From NCBI GenBank assembly GCA_951406725.2, contig OX597817.1, positions 171,864,001-171,928,000 of the forward strand: a DNA stretch of 64,000 nt, in the 5' to 3' direction. Made by a program: the position numbers and the translations under genes. This document shows, in pieces, positions 12,702 through 25,339 of the stretch (within the stretch, counting starts at the first letter, position 1; each line of letters opens with the position of its first letter). Under the pieces are notes generated by a model. It did not search any database. It saw only the letters and a list, made by a program, of their open reading frames with translations, and was not told the DNA's origin. Source of the DNA: Octopus vulgaris (taxonomy: Eukaryota).

Positions 12702-12860
12702 AAAATGGAGGAATAGATTTCTTTCAATCATCAACTTCCAGATAATACCAATTAATATAATTTATTAACTAATTATTTAGATTAAATAATTAGTTAATAA
12801 ATTATATTAATTGGTATTATCTGGAAGTTGATGATTGAAAGAAATCTATTCCTCCATTTT
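12702..12860. repeat. Perfect palindrome, 78-bp arms with a 3-nt spacer
   Basis: 12702-12779 is the exact reverse complement of 12783-12860; spacer GAT. Confidence 0.97.
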
Positions 12861-13046
12861 CTTATTTTGTATTATGAATTTGAGGTATGAATTAATTGCA
12901 TTGCAGTTCTTAGCATTTATGTATTAGCCTTCTGGGTACTTTACTGGCAGTATATTGGATAAATGATATCCCATAGTGGGTTACACTCATAACCCCTATC
13001 TCACTTTGTACTATATATATATATATGTATATATATATATAGATAT

Positions 13047-13093
<47 letters not shown>

Positions 13094-13174
13094 TTTGTGC
13101 ATATGTGTGTGTGTGTGTAGTGTATGAATGCACACACAAACACACACATGCACAAATATATATCTTTTAGCATC

Positions 13175-13505
13175 TTTTTTTATTTGTTTCTATCATTGGA
13201 CTATGATCATGCTGGAGCAACACCTTGAAGGGTTTAGTTGAAGAAAAATTGACCCCAGCACTTATTTTTAAACCTAAGCTGCTAAGTTACATGTAAGCCA
13301 TGTGGATGTAAACAAACCAACACTGTTTGTTAAACTGTTGCAGTGTACAAACACACACACACACACATATACAATGTGCGTCTTGTAGTTTCCATGTACT
13401 AAATCCACTCACAAGCAGCGAACACTTGCTCAAGGTGCCACACAGAGGGACTGAACTCTAAATCATGTAGTTGTGAAGCAAACTTCTTACCACACAGCCA
13501 TACCT
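13175..13505 (-). mobile_element. Degenerate SINE family A
   Basis: Diverged motifs CATGCTGGAGCA, AAATCCACTCACAAG and CTTACCACACAGCCA. Confidence 0.65.
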
Positions 13506-13771
13506 CCCATCAATGCTTCCCCACATCTCCCACAAATACATGAGCAGAGGTTGAAATCTCTATGTGTTGATTTGACATGTTAGAAGTAGCACCTTACTGT
13601 CAAAACCAAAATCAAACCTTGTTTTCCTGCATTTGGAAATTCATGGTGATGGTTATGTCCGGAAAGCCTTTGAACATGCGGTCAGCTTGATCAGAGTTGA
13701 CATAAATTAAAAACCCATTAACAAGATTAACATTAGCATATAAACACATACACAATTACACACACACAAAA

Positions 13772-14169
13772 GGCGGCGATCTGGCAGAATCGTTGGCACG
13801 CCAGGTGAAATGTTTAGCGGTATTTCATCTGCCGTTACGTTCTGAGTTCAAATTCCGCAGAGGTTGACTTTGCCTTTCATCCTTTCAGAGTCGAAAATTA
13901 AGCACCAGTTACGCACTGGGGTCGATATAATCAACTTAATCCTTTTGTCTGTCCTTGTTTGTCCCCTCTGTGTTTAACCCCTTGTGGGTAGTAAAGAAAT
14001 AGGTATTTCATCTGTCTTTACATTCTGAGTTCAAATTCCGCCGAGGTCGATTTTACCTTTCATCCTTTCGGGGTCGATAAATTAAGTACAGTCGCGTACT
14101 GGGGTCGATCTAATTGACTGGCCCTTCGCCCAAAATTTCGGGCCTTGTGCCTAGAGTAGAAAAGAATTA
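13772..14169 (+). mobile_element. SINE family B dimer (one head, two bodies, two different tails)
   Basis: Head GGCGGCGATCTGGCAGAATCG; body 1 ends AAAGAAATA and rejoins at GGTATTTC (13996-14009); body 2 ends GGCCTTGTGCCTAGAGTAGAAAAGAATTA. Confidence 0.85.
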
Positions 14170-14606
14170 CACACACACACACATACACATATAAACACCC
14201 ATATAGACCAACATTATCAAAGTAACTTCTTTCTGGTTGAATAAATTTAATAGCAAAATTATGAATAAACAAAATCAATAACACTCAGCCCCCACCTCCT
14301 TAAAATATGTGACCCACCCTGATTGTAAAAAGGGACAAAAATAGAGCAAGAATAATATGACATTAGTATCATTCTGATGAAGCATCCCGTGCTGAATACC
14401 TCCGTTCTACATAACTCTTGTCTTCACTCTCATCCCAGATCATTGGGTAAAAATAGCATTAATCTAAAAATGGCAAAATACTTAAGGCCCCAGTAAGGTT
14501 GTGATAATCGAGGCAGTATGAGAAAGAATAAAGTTAGCTGGGTTTTTATAGAAACTATACTCTTGTCGCATATGGGTTGGTGAAGATGCGAGGATGCATA
14601 TATGTA

Positions 14607-14637
<31 letters not shown>

Positions 14638-15011
14638 GAGAGAGAGAGAGAGAATGTGATAGAAAGACAGAGAGAGAATATGTATGCGTGTGTGAGAGAG
14701 AGAGAGAGAGAGAGAATAATGTAAGAGAGAGTGAGATGTAGGGAGAAAGAGTTTGTATATGTGTGTGTGTGTGTGTAGGACATATATATTAGGTGTGTGT
14801 GTGTGTGTGTTGTGGGGAGTGAAAAATGTATGTATGGTGTGCATGAGAAGAAGAGAGAGAGTAAGTGTGTTTGTGTGTGTGTGTGAGAGAGAGAAAGAAA
14901 GAGAGGGAGAGAAAGATAGAGAGAGAGGGAGGTAGAGAGAAAGATAGAAAATGCATGAGCAGGTGAGTGCAAAAGAGAGAGTAAGACATATTAGAGAGAG
15001 ACAGAAAGCAA

Positions 15012-15057
<46 letters not shown>

Positions 15058-15123
15058 ATATCATAATGTGTAAGAATGAAGGAATGCGTGTGATTCCTTG
15101 CATGTGTGTGTGTGTGTGCTTGA

Positions 15124-15169
<46 letters not shown>

Positions 15170-15386
15170 ACATAAGAAAAGCAGATAGAGAGTTAGGTTG
15201 AGATGAAGTGGAGGCGCCGACGGCGGTGAAGGGGAGAAGCGGACTAAGTGGAGAAGTGGATGGCGGTAAAGAAATAAAGATAGACATATAGAAAACATAT
15301 ACCTGCATATGATATAACACTGTATGTTTGTGAGACATTCTGAGTATGCGTGTGCATGTGTGTGTGAGTGTGTGTGTGTGCGTGTA

Positions 15387-15424
<38 letters not shown>

Positions 15425-15490
15425 AGGTGCTTTATGAATATCTCATTACCTGCAAAAATAGAGAGAGTGAAAAATAAAGGCAAATGAGAA

Positions 15491-15523
<33 letters not shown>

Positions 15524-15723
15524 GGGGAAGAAATACTGAGAGATAAAGAAAGAGAGGAGAAAGAGAAAGAGAGAGAGTATGTGTGTGTGTGTGTGTGTGT
15601 GTGTGGAGAGAGGTGCTGATTATATTAATATACAAACATGTTCTTTCTCTGAGTGTTTATGTGTGTGTGAGAAAACTGATATAATTCCATGAGTGTGAGC
15701 ATCAGTATCTTGTGGCAGTCGCT

Positions 15724-15770
<47 letters not shown>

Positions 15771-15775
<5 letters not shown>

Positions 15776-17400
15776 GATCTATACTAGAAATATTTACAAT
15801 ACTGAGAAACAGCTGGATTTAATAACAGCATTTTCAGCTGATATAAGGATGGAATTTGGCCAAAAGAAATGTTCATATTTGATAGTTGAACACGGAAAAA
15901 AGTACTTCAGCAACACAACTCATACCTTTACATCAATAACCTCTGCACCTCACGTCTTCCATGCAACAATGCTACAAATGTTTAGGTATTGATGGATATC
16001 TATTCTACAAAGATTCAGTGAGCAATGATCTGGCCAAGGAATGAATATTATGCCGGACTCATAGCAAATGTGAGATTTAGAGCTTTTCTTTTAGAAGAAA
16101 ACAATACCTTACCATGCACTTTTGAGCACAGTATTAAAAAGTACATGTTGAATGTTTGACTGATCTATAGAGAAAATTTGCTCCATATGTAATAAGAAAT
16201 AAGAAGATCCTGGCATCATGTGGAAGCATCCAAAGAAATAGTGATATCAAACAAGCTCTGTCTCAGGTAAAAAAAAAAAAGATGAAAGAAGCTGAAGATG
16301 AGGTGAGATAATCACTGTGTATTGTATGGCATCAGGTAGATATGATCTGTTGAACAACAGCAGCAACAACAAATATATGAACAAGATGTTGAAGAAGGAG
16401 AAGAGGAGAGCATTGTCTGAGTTGGAACTGAATCCTTCAAGAAATGCTTAGACCTCTGTGACATTTCCTGTAACCCCAGTCCTGTTGGACCAGCTTACCT
16501 CAAGAAAGATGTGGTGAAGAAACGTTCTGAATACCATCAAAAGGTTAAGCATGGGTATGTTTCCTGTAAACTTGCATAAGATGCTGATATCTACAGGATG
16601 TGTAGCCTCTTTTATTACTCACGACCATTACATCACATCTCATTTTGAAGGTTATACTTTCACAATGCAAGAACTGGAGTTGGTGTATGTCAGGGGTGGG
16701 CGAACTTTTTTGATCGCGGGCCGCACAGTGCATCTTTGGAACCTTGGCGGGCCTCATTTATAAAAATCGAGTGAAAATATTTTTAAAGGCAGTTATAGAC
16801 CTATAAACACACAATTGATTGAAAGGAAATTTTGTGAAATATTCCTGGTTTAAGTGATTTAATTTATTTTTTAGAGTATCGGGTTCATGTTTTTCGGTTA
16901 TTTGCTCCTATAGTTGAAATTATTACAGGAACCTCGGTTATTTTGGACAGCCTGTTATTGCTTACAAATTGCCAGGAACGGAATTTTCCTAGTAAAATCT
17001 GCACTAATTGTGGACAACCACCTCTTAATATCATGGACAACCATATCTTCACCCGGAAATGTGTTTTATTATGATGTCATGGGAATATTTCTCGAAATTT
17101 TTCATCGCTTCACAGTAGCTGAAACAAACAAACAGCGGACAATTTTGTGAAGGCGCGAAACAGTGAACTGAAATAAAATGCAAACTATTGTTAATTACCG
17201 TACAACTGAAACAGTTACGAAGTATCTGCATGGAAGTTGGGATTCATAAAAGCTCTCGGCGGGCCGCATGAAAACCTATGGCGGGCCGTAGTTTGCCCAC
17301 CCCTGGTTTATACAGTGACTTTTGAATAAAACAGACAACAGAGTGTTTATAATATGAGGGTTTAGAAACTCTGAAACATATGAAAAACATTATTTCTAAT
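15771..17400 (+). pseudogene. Decayed R4/Dong-type non-LTR retrotransposon ORF (RT C-terminal part to zinc-knuckle region), interrupted by an hAT MITE
   Basis: KIYTRN...FSADIRMEFGQKKC resembles the LKLYA...FSxDIxMEFGLxKC motif of RLE-clade RTs; SHFEGYTFTMQE resembles EGFxxAxQD; ETLKHMKNIIS resembles ETxxHIIS; many stops and frameshifts. Confidence 0.7.
16691..17305. mobile_element. hAT-superfamily non-autonomous element (MITE)
   Basis: 15-bp TIRs CAGGGGTGGGCGAAC / GTTTGCCCACCCCTG; subterminal GCGGGCCG motifs; the 8-bp flanks GTGTATGT and GTTTATAC match only partly. Confidence 0.85.
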
Positions 17401-17403
17401 GTA

Positions 17404-17981
17404 CACAGACATACCGAAGGTAAACAGACACCTTTAATTTTCAAAATTTCTCATCTAAGCGTCTTAATATGCTTTCAGTGGGGTAGATTTTATAATGTAA
17501 TTATTCTTTTTCATTCCAGGTGCCATTATATTAAATATTTGCGAAGAGTAGCCATGCCACGCACAAAAAATTCAGCACAACTGTCAGATTTTCAAAGAGG
17601 TCGTATTGTTGGGTAATCTGAGGCTGGTCTTAGCCAGCGAAAAATTGCCAGAAATCTTCAAATTCCTCTTGCTACTGTTAATAGAATTATAATGCAATTC
17701 AAAAGCCAAGGAAAAGAATCAACAGATTCTCGTCCTGGCTAAGCTGGGCCCTCAGAAAGGAAGCTTCGCTGTTTGAAGAAAATTGTGGAAAACGAACCCC
17801 GTTTGAAGGCTTCTGACATTGCAAAACAGCTAGAAGTTAGTCCAAGAATGTGTGTTACATATCTGCATGAACTTGGGTATTATGGACGAGCAGCTAGGAG
17901 AAAACCTCTCCTTCAACCAATTAATATCAAATAAAAGATTTTGAAAATTAAAGGTGTCTATTTACTTCCTGCATGTCTGTG
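17404..17981 (+). mobile_element. Internally deleted Tc1/mariner transposon
   Basis: About 45-bp imperfect TIRs CACAGACAT...ACACCTTTAATTTTCAAAAT / ATTTTGAAAATTAAAGGTGT...ATGTCTGTG; TA on both sides. Confidence 0.9.
17554..17934 (+). pseudogene. Tc1 transposase N-terminal DNA-binding (paired-like HTH) remnant
   Basis: [45 protein letters not shown]...SRPG*...LHELGYYGRAARRKPLL; two in-frame stops; DDE domain absent. Confidence 0.85.
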
Positions 17982-19504
17982 TATATTAGTGACAGGGTCA
18001 GTATTAACACCAAGAGGTAATATTTATCCCCACTTCAATGTGGATGTTCCAACAGTATAGTTTGTTCTAATAGAACCTCCATATTTAAGTGAGGATAAAT
18101 ATTATTTCTAATGGTGGAACTCCATCCAAAGGATTTTTAACCCAATATTCTATATCATATTAATATAGTTTTATCCACTTTGAGTTCCGCTGTTAAAATA
18201 GTTTACCTCATATCTCTTGTTTCTAAGTTCTTAAAATGTAAAATACCTTAGAATTCTCACTGTAAGATCAAGATTTCTAAAATGGATGGAAAAAACTCAA
18301 AGAAAAGATTTGGCTTTGATATAATGATTAGAACATCTATCACATTTACAGAAGATGTGGATCTGTGTCCTACAAGCAGCCTTCGATATTTTTCCATCCA
18401 AGGTGCATTTTAAACCAATACTCTACATGCTATCGGTTTTAGCTTCAAGTACTTAACCATCACCTGTCCCAAGCTGTGATTTACCATATAAATTTACAGC
18501 ACTGTGGAAGATATTAATGGAAAATATCATTAAGGTACAACCTTTCAATGTGCATTAATGTTGTTGCTAAAATAAAATAGAATTCTTTCCATAGGAATCA
18601 AATACTGCCCAGGGATAAATATAGAAAATGTTTTTGCAACTGAATTCATATATATTTATCAGCACAAGAAATATTGGTGAAATATTCTCATTAAAACTTC
18701 CACCAAGTGCAAACATAATAGGCCTGAAGAATTACATACAGTCACAAAGGTCAGTTACCCAAGAGATTTTAATATTTCAAAATAGGTGAGAAAGAGTAGG
18801 AACTTACAGTTTCTCAATCCAAATTCTAAACTGACATTTTTACTGAGAATTATCGATGCACTTGATTGTGTTAGTAAATGTCTAAACGGCAATTGTAAAA
18901 AGATGGGCAATCAAAGTAAATAAGCAATGAACGTGCAAGTTACAAATAAAATCTTCCGGTAGACAAGTAAAAATATACAAAACTTTTCTAAATAAAATTC
19001 TTCACTGATATGTTGGGTAAATTCTAGAGATGGAGTTTTGCTTCAGGTCTAAGAATCAGTACTTTCATTCTATAAAGAATTTAAAAAATTAAAAATGAAT
19101 GTGTGTGTGTGTGTAACAAAGAACAGCCATATTTTACATGGCCATCGGTGTGGTGAAGTTAGGAAGGCAGTGATTGTGTCTTTTGGTAGATAATGTTCAA
19201 TTGCCTTCTTTTTTCAGTTATGATTATGGTTTGGAGTGGTGCACACAGTGTGTTTGCCATTAAAACGTTTACAACCTGTAGAATTTGGGATGTATTTTTC
19301 TGACCCCTGTATATACATATATATAAATTAATATAAACAGCTAGGCACAATGTAATACAATAAAAGAAAATTTTTATCATCACTGATTGTAACTCAGGAT
19401 TCCAAAGCGCCAATAAGCATAGGTGCCAAAGCACTTATATTGACAGGTGCTTTGGCACCCTCAGTCACATTTAATGATAATAAAATCTTTTCTATATATA
19501 TATA

Positions 19505-19819
19505 CTCTTTTACTTGTTTCAGTCATCGGTCTCTTCTGCCGAACTGCTAAGTGACGGGGACGTAAACACACCAGCATCGGTTGTCAAGCAATGCTAGGGG
19601 GACAAACACAGACACACAAACACAGACACGCATGTATATATATATATACATATATACGACAGGATTCTTTCAGTTTCCGTCTACCAAATCCACTCACAAG
19701 GCATTGGTCGGCCCGGGGCTATAGCAGAAGACACTTGCCCAAGGTGCCATGCAGTGGGACTGAACCCGGAACCATGTGGTTGGTTAGCAAGCTACTTACC
19801 ACACAGCCACTCCTGCGCC
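19505..19819 (-). mobile_element. SINE family A with an internal deletion
   Basis: Reverse-complement head ends CTCCTGCGCC; tail shortened. Confidence 0.85.
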
Positions 19820-20409
19820 TATACATATATATATATATATGCTGTGAATGTGTGTCTATGTGAGTCTCAAGCTTTTCTCCCTCATTTACCCCAAATGCTT
19901 CATATATTGTACCATTTACCCTTTTACTCCCCATTGCCAAAATGCTATTTTATGTCAGTATTCGTATCATCATCATCATCAGCAGCAGCATCATCATCAT
20001 CATCCTCTTTTCCGTACTCACGGGGGACTGAACAAAATTCACTGAGGTAAATTTACTAAAGACGGATGCCTTTCCTGCCATCAATCTTCACCTGTTTTCA
20101 AGCAAAGTAGTACTTCCCCATGGCCAGACATAACTTTTGTGGGATATTGGAAATGAATGACACTGCTTGTACAACAGTGACACTCATTTACAACTACCTT
20201 GCAAAGTCGAGACAGGGAGACACAAACATATACACATACATAAATAAATTTACACACATACATATTATATGTATTTATATATAAATATTTAAATGTGTGC
20301 GCATCTGCATATGTTTATGCATAAATGTTTATATGTATATATACAAATACATATATACGCAGATATATATATATATCTATATATATATATATAAATAGAT
20401 ATATATATG

Positions 20410-20498
20410 TGTGTATGTATATATATGTATGTATAGTTTCTATTTTCTTTTTGTAACATATTTCTATTATATGTATGTATATATATATATACATATAT

Positions 20499-20540
<42 letters not shown>

Positions 20541-20624
20541 ATGTATATATATGTATGTATAGTTTCTATTTTCTTTTTGTAACATATTTCTATTATATGT
20601 ATGTATATATATATATACATATAT

Positions 20625-20670
<46 letters not shown>

Positions 20671-20754
20671 ATGTATATATATGTATGTATAGTTTCTATT
20701 TTCTTTTTGTAACATATTTCTATTATATGTATGTATATATATATATACATATAT

Positions 20755-20794
<40 letters not shown>

Positions 20795-20880
20795 ATGTAT
20801 ATATATGTATGTATAGTTTCTATTTTCTTTTGTAACATATTTCTATTATATGTATGTATATATATATATATACATATATA
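20410..20880. repeat. Minisatellite, 4 units of 124-130 bp
   Basis: Core AGTTTCTATTTTCTTTTTGTAACATATTTCTATTAT at 20435, 20561, 20691 and 20815. Confidence 0.93.
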
Positions 20881-20952
20881 CATACATATATATATACATA
20901 CATATATATATATACATACATATATATATACATACATATATATAATACATAC

Positions 20953-21010
<58 letters not shown>

Positions 21011-21062
21011 ACATTTCTATACATTTTCCCACATAAACACACGCACACATACACATGCCCCC

Positions 21063-21107
<45 letters not shown>

Positions 21108-21804
21108 AAAGACAAATAGACACACGTGCTCTCATAAAATTTAGTAAAACATTTTGTCTTTTGAAGAAATGTTGATCTAAACACTGACAAAAGAAAAAAA
21201 AAACAGAAAAAAAAAAGGGAAAAAAGAAATTCCACAGAGATCAGAAAGTCAATGGCAATATTAATTCTTTTATAAAATCATCATCTGCTGTGATATTGAC
21301 CCAGTCGGAGTCAAGCAGACAGCATTTTCAATTCTGTAGAATTGCTATGACAATAAACAACTGGAAGTCTCCAAAATGTCATTGGAATTAATATATTCTA
21401 CAGGAAATTCTTCGTCATGAGTATCCAAGTGTGTTTCTACATAAATCAATCACTAAGTTACAATTTATATCTATAAGAGATAATATTCATTCAGATTTAT
21501 TGTGGATAACTGAGTTTCTATCACTCATAATTCTACCAGAATTGTGAATTATAATGTAGACATTAGTCAGCTCAGAACATCCAAATAAGTCCAGTCAAAA
21601 CTGGTCCACGTCTTGTCAAAATTTTATATAATATCAGTCAATACAAAATCTGCTTGGTTAGTCGATCAATTCTTCTAGTTATGTTCTACATCATATAGAG
21701 AGAAGGAGAGAGAAAGTAAACGATAGATACACAAAAAGGGGGAGAGAGAGAGTAAAAATGAGTTACAGAGAAGAAGAGAGAAAAGAGAGAGAATAAAAGA
21801 GAGA

Positions 21805-22212
21805 TCTTTTATTTTTTATTTGTTTTAGTCATTTGACCAAGGCCATGCTGGGGCACCACTTTGAAGAATTTTAATCAAACGAAACAACCTTAATATTAAT
21901 TTTTTTTAAAAACCTGGTATTTATTCAATCAGTCTATTTTGCTGAACCACTATGTTATGAGGCTGTAAACAAACTGACACCAGTTGTCAAGCAGTGAACA
22001 AACACACACACATACACACCGCTTGACAACCAGTGTTGGTGTGTTTAAATACCCCATAACTTAACAGTTTGGTGAAAGAGCCTGATAGAATAAGTACCAG
22101 GCTTTAAAAAAATAATAAATAGTCCTGAGGTCAATTTGTTTGACTAAAACCCTTCAAAGCAGTGCACCAGCATGGCCACAGTCAAGTACTGAAAGGTGAA
22201 AGAGATACAAGA
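21805..22212. mobile_element. Two SINE A 3' halves in inverted orientation
   Basis: CCAGTTGTCAAGCAGTG...(CA)n...CACCGCTTGACAACCAG; tails point outward. Confidence 0.75.
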
Positions 22213-22800
22213 GATGGAAGATAAGTATTGTTATCTCATACTCTAACAACTCCACCGACTACACCACCTTTATACAAGAAATAAACAGACATACCATGTT
22301 ATCTTGAAGATGAACTGAGCTGATTTCGCTGTGAGGTGTGAAATAAGCTTAATGTTTCAGGTGGTAGCTCTTTTTCAAGAGAGAGAGAGAGAGAAATAAT
22401 ACATAAAAGTAATGTCACTTTGGTCACAAAACTGTGAACTGCTCACAACAAATCAATTCATCAAACTCTTCTCTGTACACTCCTATGGATTAATTTTTGC
22501 TGACAAATACTGCCACCGTTCTCTTCAGATCTGGGATTTTAATGTATTTATCCTCGTGTTGTGTCTTCGAACAAGCAAAGTTCAATGAGACAAATCTGAG
22601 ATGATGAAGGGTCAGACAAATATAGATAACATCTGTGACAGTGTGACAGATAGATTTCAAGACGACAGATTTAACACTAATCCAACAAAGAAGTTTATAT
22701 ATAGTATAGCTAGTTTAACTTGCTCAAAGTAATAATCTGTGCATGCATGTGTGTGTCACTCACACACACACATGTGTGTATATATATATATATATATATA

Positions 22801-22972
22801 TGAATAAAAAATGGACTTAACGCAGGTTTAAACAAGTATTTTTACTTTCTACATATGTTTCGAAAATTCCACTGATACTATTCAAAAGAATAAAAGGTAT
22901 AAACAATGCAATCTTCTCTTCTTTGTTATTTTTCCGTGTTAATTGTTAACAAGGTAAAATACACTCATCTAT
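22801..22972 (-). mobile_element. Penelope-like remnant in (TA)n with a 5'-truncated hammerhead
   Basis: Minus strand: GAAGA, stem II GAAGATTGCATTG/CAGTGGAATTTTC, GAAAC, loop ATAT, GTA; the CT of CTGA and the 5' strand of stem I are missing. Confidence 0.55.
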
Positions 22973-22989
22973 TTATATATATATATATA

Positions 22990-23137
22990 TCATCATCATC
23001 ATCATCATCATCGTTTAGCGTCCGTTTTCCATGCTAGCATGGGTTGGACGGTTCTACTGGGGTCTGTGAAGCCAGAAGGCTTCATCAGGCCCAGTCAAAT
23101 CTGGCAGTGTTTCTACGGCTGGATGCCCTTCCTAACG
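22990..23137 (-). mobile_element. Repeat family D 3' end ((GAT)n-tailed retroposon)
   Basis: (CAT)n CGTTTAGCGTCCGTTTTCCATGCTAGCATGGGTTGGACGG...GGATGCCCTTCCTAACG; multiple copies in the window. Confidence 0.75.
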
Positions 23138-23627
23138 TATATATATATATACACATATAAGGCCACTTAGAAGACTTCAATGACAATAGGAAGATGATTA
23201 AGTTAGATGACTCGTGCTGAGATGGAAAAGAAGGGCAGAATCAAGAACTGGATGTGCACTGTGACCAGCGGTATGTAACAACATCTGGCCATCTGAAGAT
23301 TGATCAATACAATGATTCAGTAATGTGTGTGTGTGTGTGTGTGTGTGTAATAATTTTTCGCTTAAGCATAACCATACTAATAACTTGGTGCCAGGACTCA
23401 ATATTGCTTAGGCTGCAGAATAAAACATTAGCTGTGTACAGAGTTTAAGATGAAATTAAATAAATGACAGAGGAAAGGGAAATAATGTAATGAAATTCAT
23501 TGGGCTACTGCTGTTTCTGCTATAAGACACAGTATCCTTAGAGATGAGTGTTTGTGCATCATCTTATAGCTTCTTCAGAGCTTCTACAATGAAGTACAAG
23601 TTTATTTGGGAAAGCATCTACATATAA

Positions 23628-23790
23628 GGCATAGGAGTGGCTGTGTAGTAAGTAGCTTGCTTACCAACCACATGGTTCCAGGTTTAGTCCCACTGTGTAG
23701 CACCTTGGGCAAGTGTCTTCTACTATAGCCTCGGGCCAACCAAAGCCTTGTGAGTGGATTTGGTAGACAGAAATCGAAAGAAGCCCGTCG

Positions 23791-23861
<71 letters not shown>

Positions 23862-24048
23862 CTGTATTTGTCCCCCCCAATATTGCTTGACAACCGATGC
23901 TGGTGTGTTTACATACTCGTAACTTAGTGATTCGACAAAAGAGACCGATAAGCACTAGGCTTACAAAGAATAAGTCCTAGGGTCGATTTGCTGGTGCTCC
24001 AGCATGGCTATAGTCAAATGACTGAAACAAGTAAAAGAGAGTAAAGAG
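23628..24048 (+). mobile_element. SINE family A
   Basis: Head, microsatellite and tail all present. Confidence 0.88.
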
Positions 24049-24343
24049 ATGGTGACGTTTTCTATATAAATGGTGATTTTTTTCTTCTATGTTAAATGCA
24101 TTCTCAAATAAGTGTGCACTTTATTTTAGAAGCTACAAGGTGATGCACAAGCACACATGATGGGCTTCTTTCAGTTTCCATCAACTAAATCCACTTAGAA
24201 GGTTTTGATAGGCCCAAGGCTATAATAAATGAAACTTGCCCAAAAGGGCTGCACGGTGGGACTGAACCTGACACCACATTGTTGGGACGAATCCATCTTA
24301 ACCACACAACCATACCTGCACCTTTGTGTGTGTGTGTGTGTGT

Positions 24344-24393
<50 letters not shown>

Positions 24394-25177
24394 ACTGATA
24401 TTCTTACATGGAGCAGCAAGTGCATCCAAGGAGCAGAAGCTCTGAATATTGATGGCAATTCAGCTTTAGACAAATAAATAAACTTTATTTTCCCTCTTCA
24501 GCAAGTACACTCACTTTTATTTAAACACCTAGACATACCTATATGTACACACATACATACATACATACATACAAATGTACATACATTCACACATACATAC
24601 ATACATACATACATGCACACATACATACATACATACATACATACAAATGTACATACATACATGCACACATACATTTTCACACAAAGATTCAACAGTAGAA
24701 TTTGTGGAGGAGAAATTCAAAGTTGCTGCCTGACTGAGAGCTTCCTGTTACTATTCTGGTCTCTAATACTAAAATATAACAGAATGTCAGAAAGTCAAAA
24801 TCTGCAGCACAGAGAATGGCGCCAACTGATGTGCTTATTCAGAGAATAAATTCGGGGAGAATTCCTAAGTGTTACACTGGACCTATCTTCATTCAACTCT
24901 TAATACTCTGTTATCTGTGTTTTCTTTCGTAGCAACTGCTGATAACCTAGAATTAACAATAAAAGGATATGTGTGTAAGCATGTATCTCTGTGCCTGCCT
25001 GAGCTGTGTGAATATGAAATGATACACACATACACATCCATATATATATATATATATATATATAAAGATATACATATATATATATATATGCATATATATA
25101 TAAAGATATACATATATATATATATGCATATATATATATACATACATATATATATATGCATATATACATACATACAT

Positions 25178-25305
<128 letters not shown>

Positions 25306-25308
25306 ATC

Positions 25309-25339
<31 letters not shown>

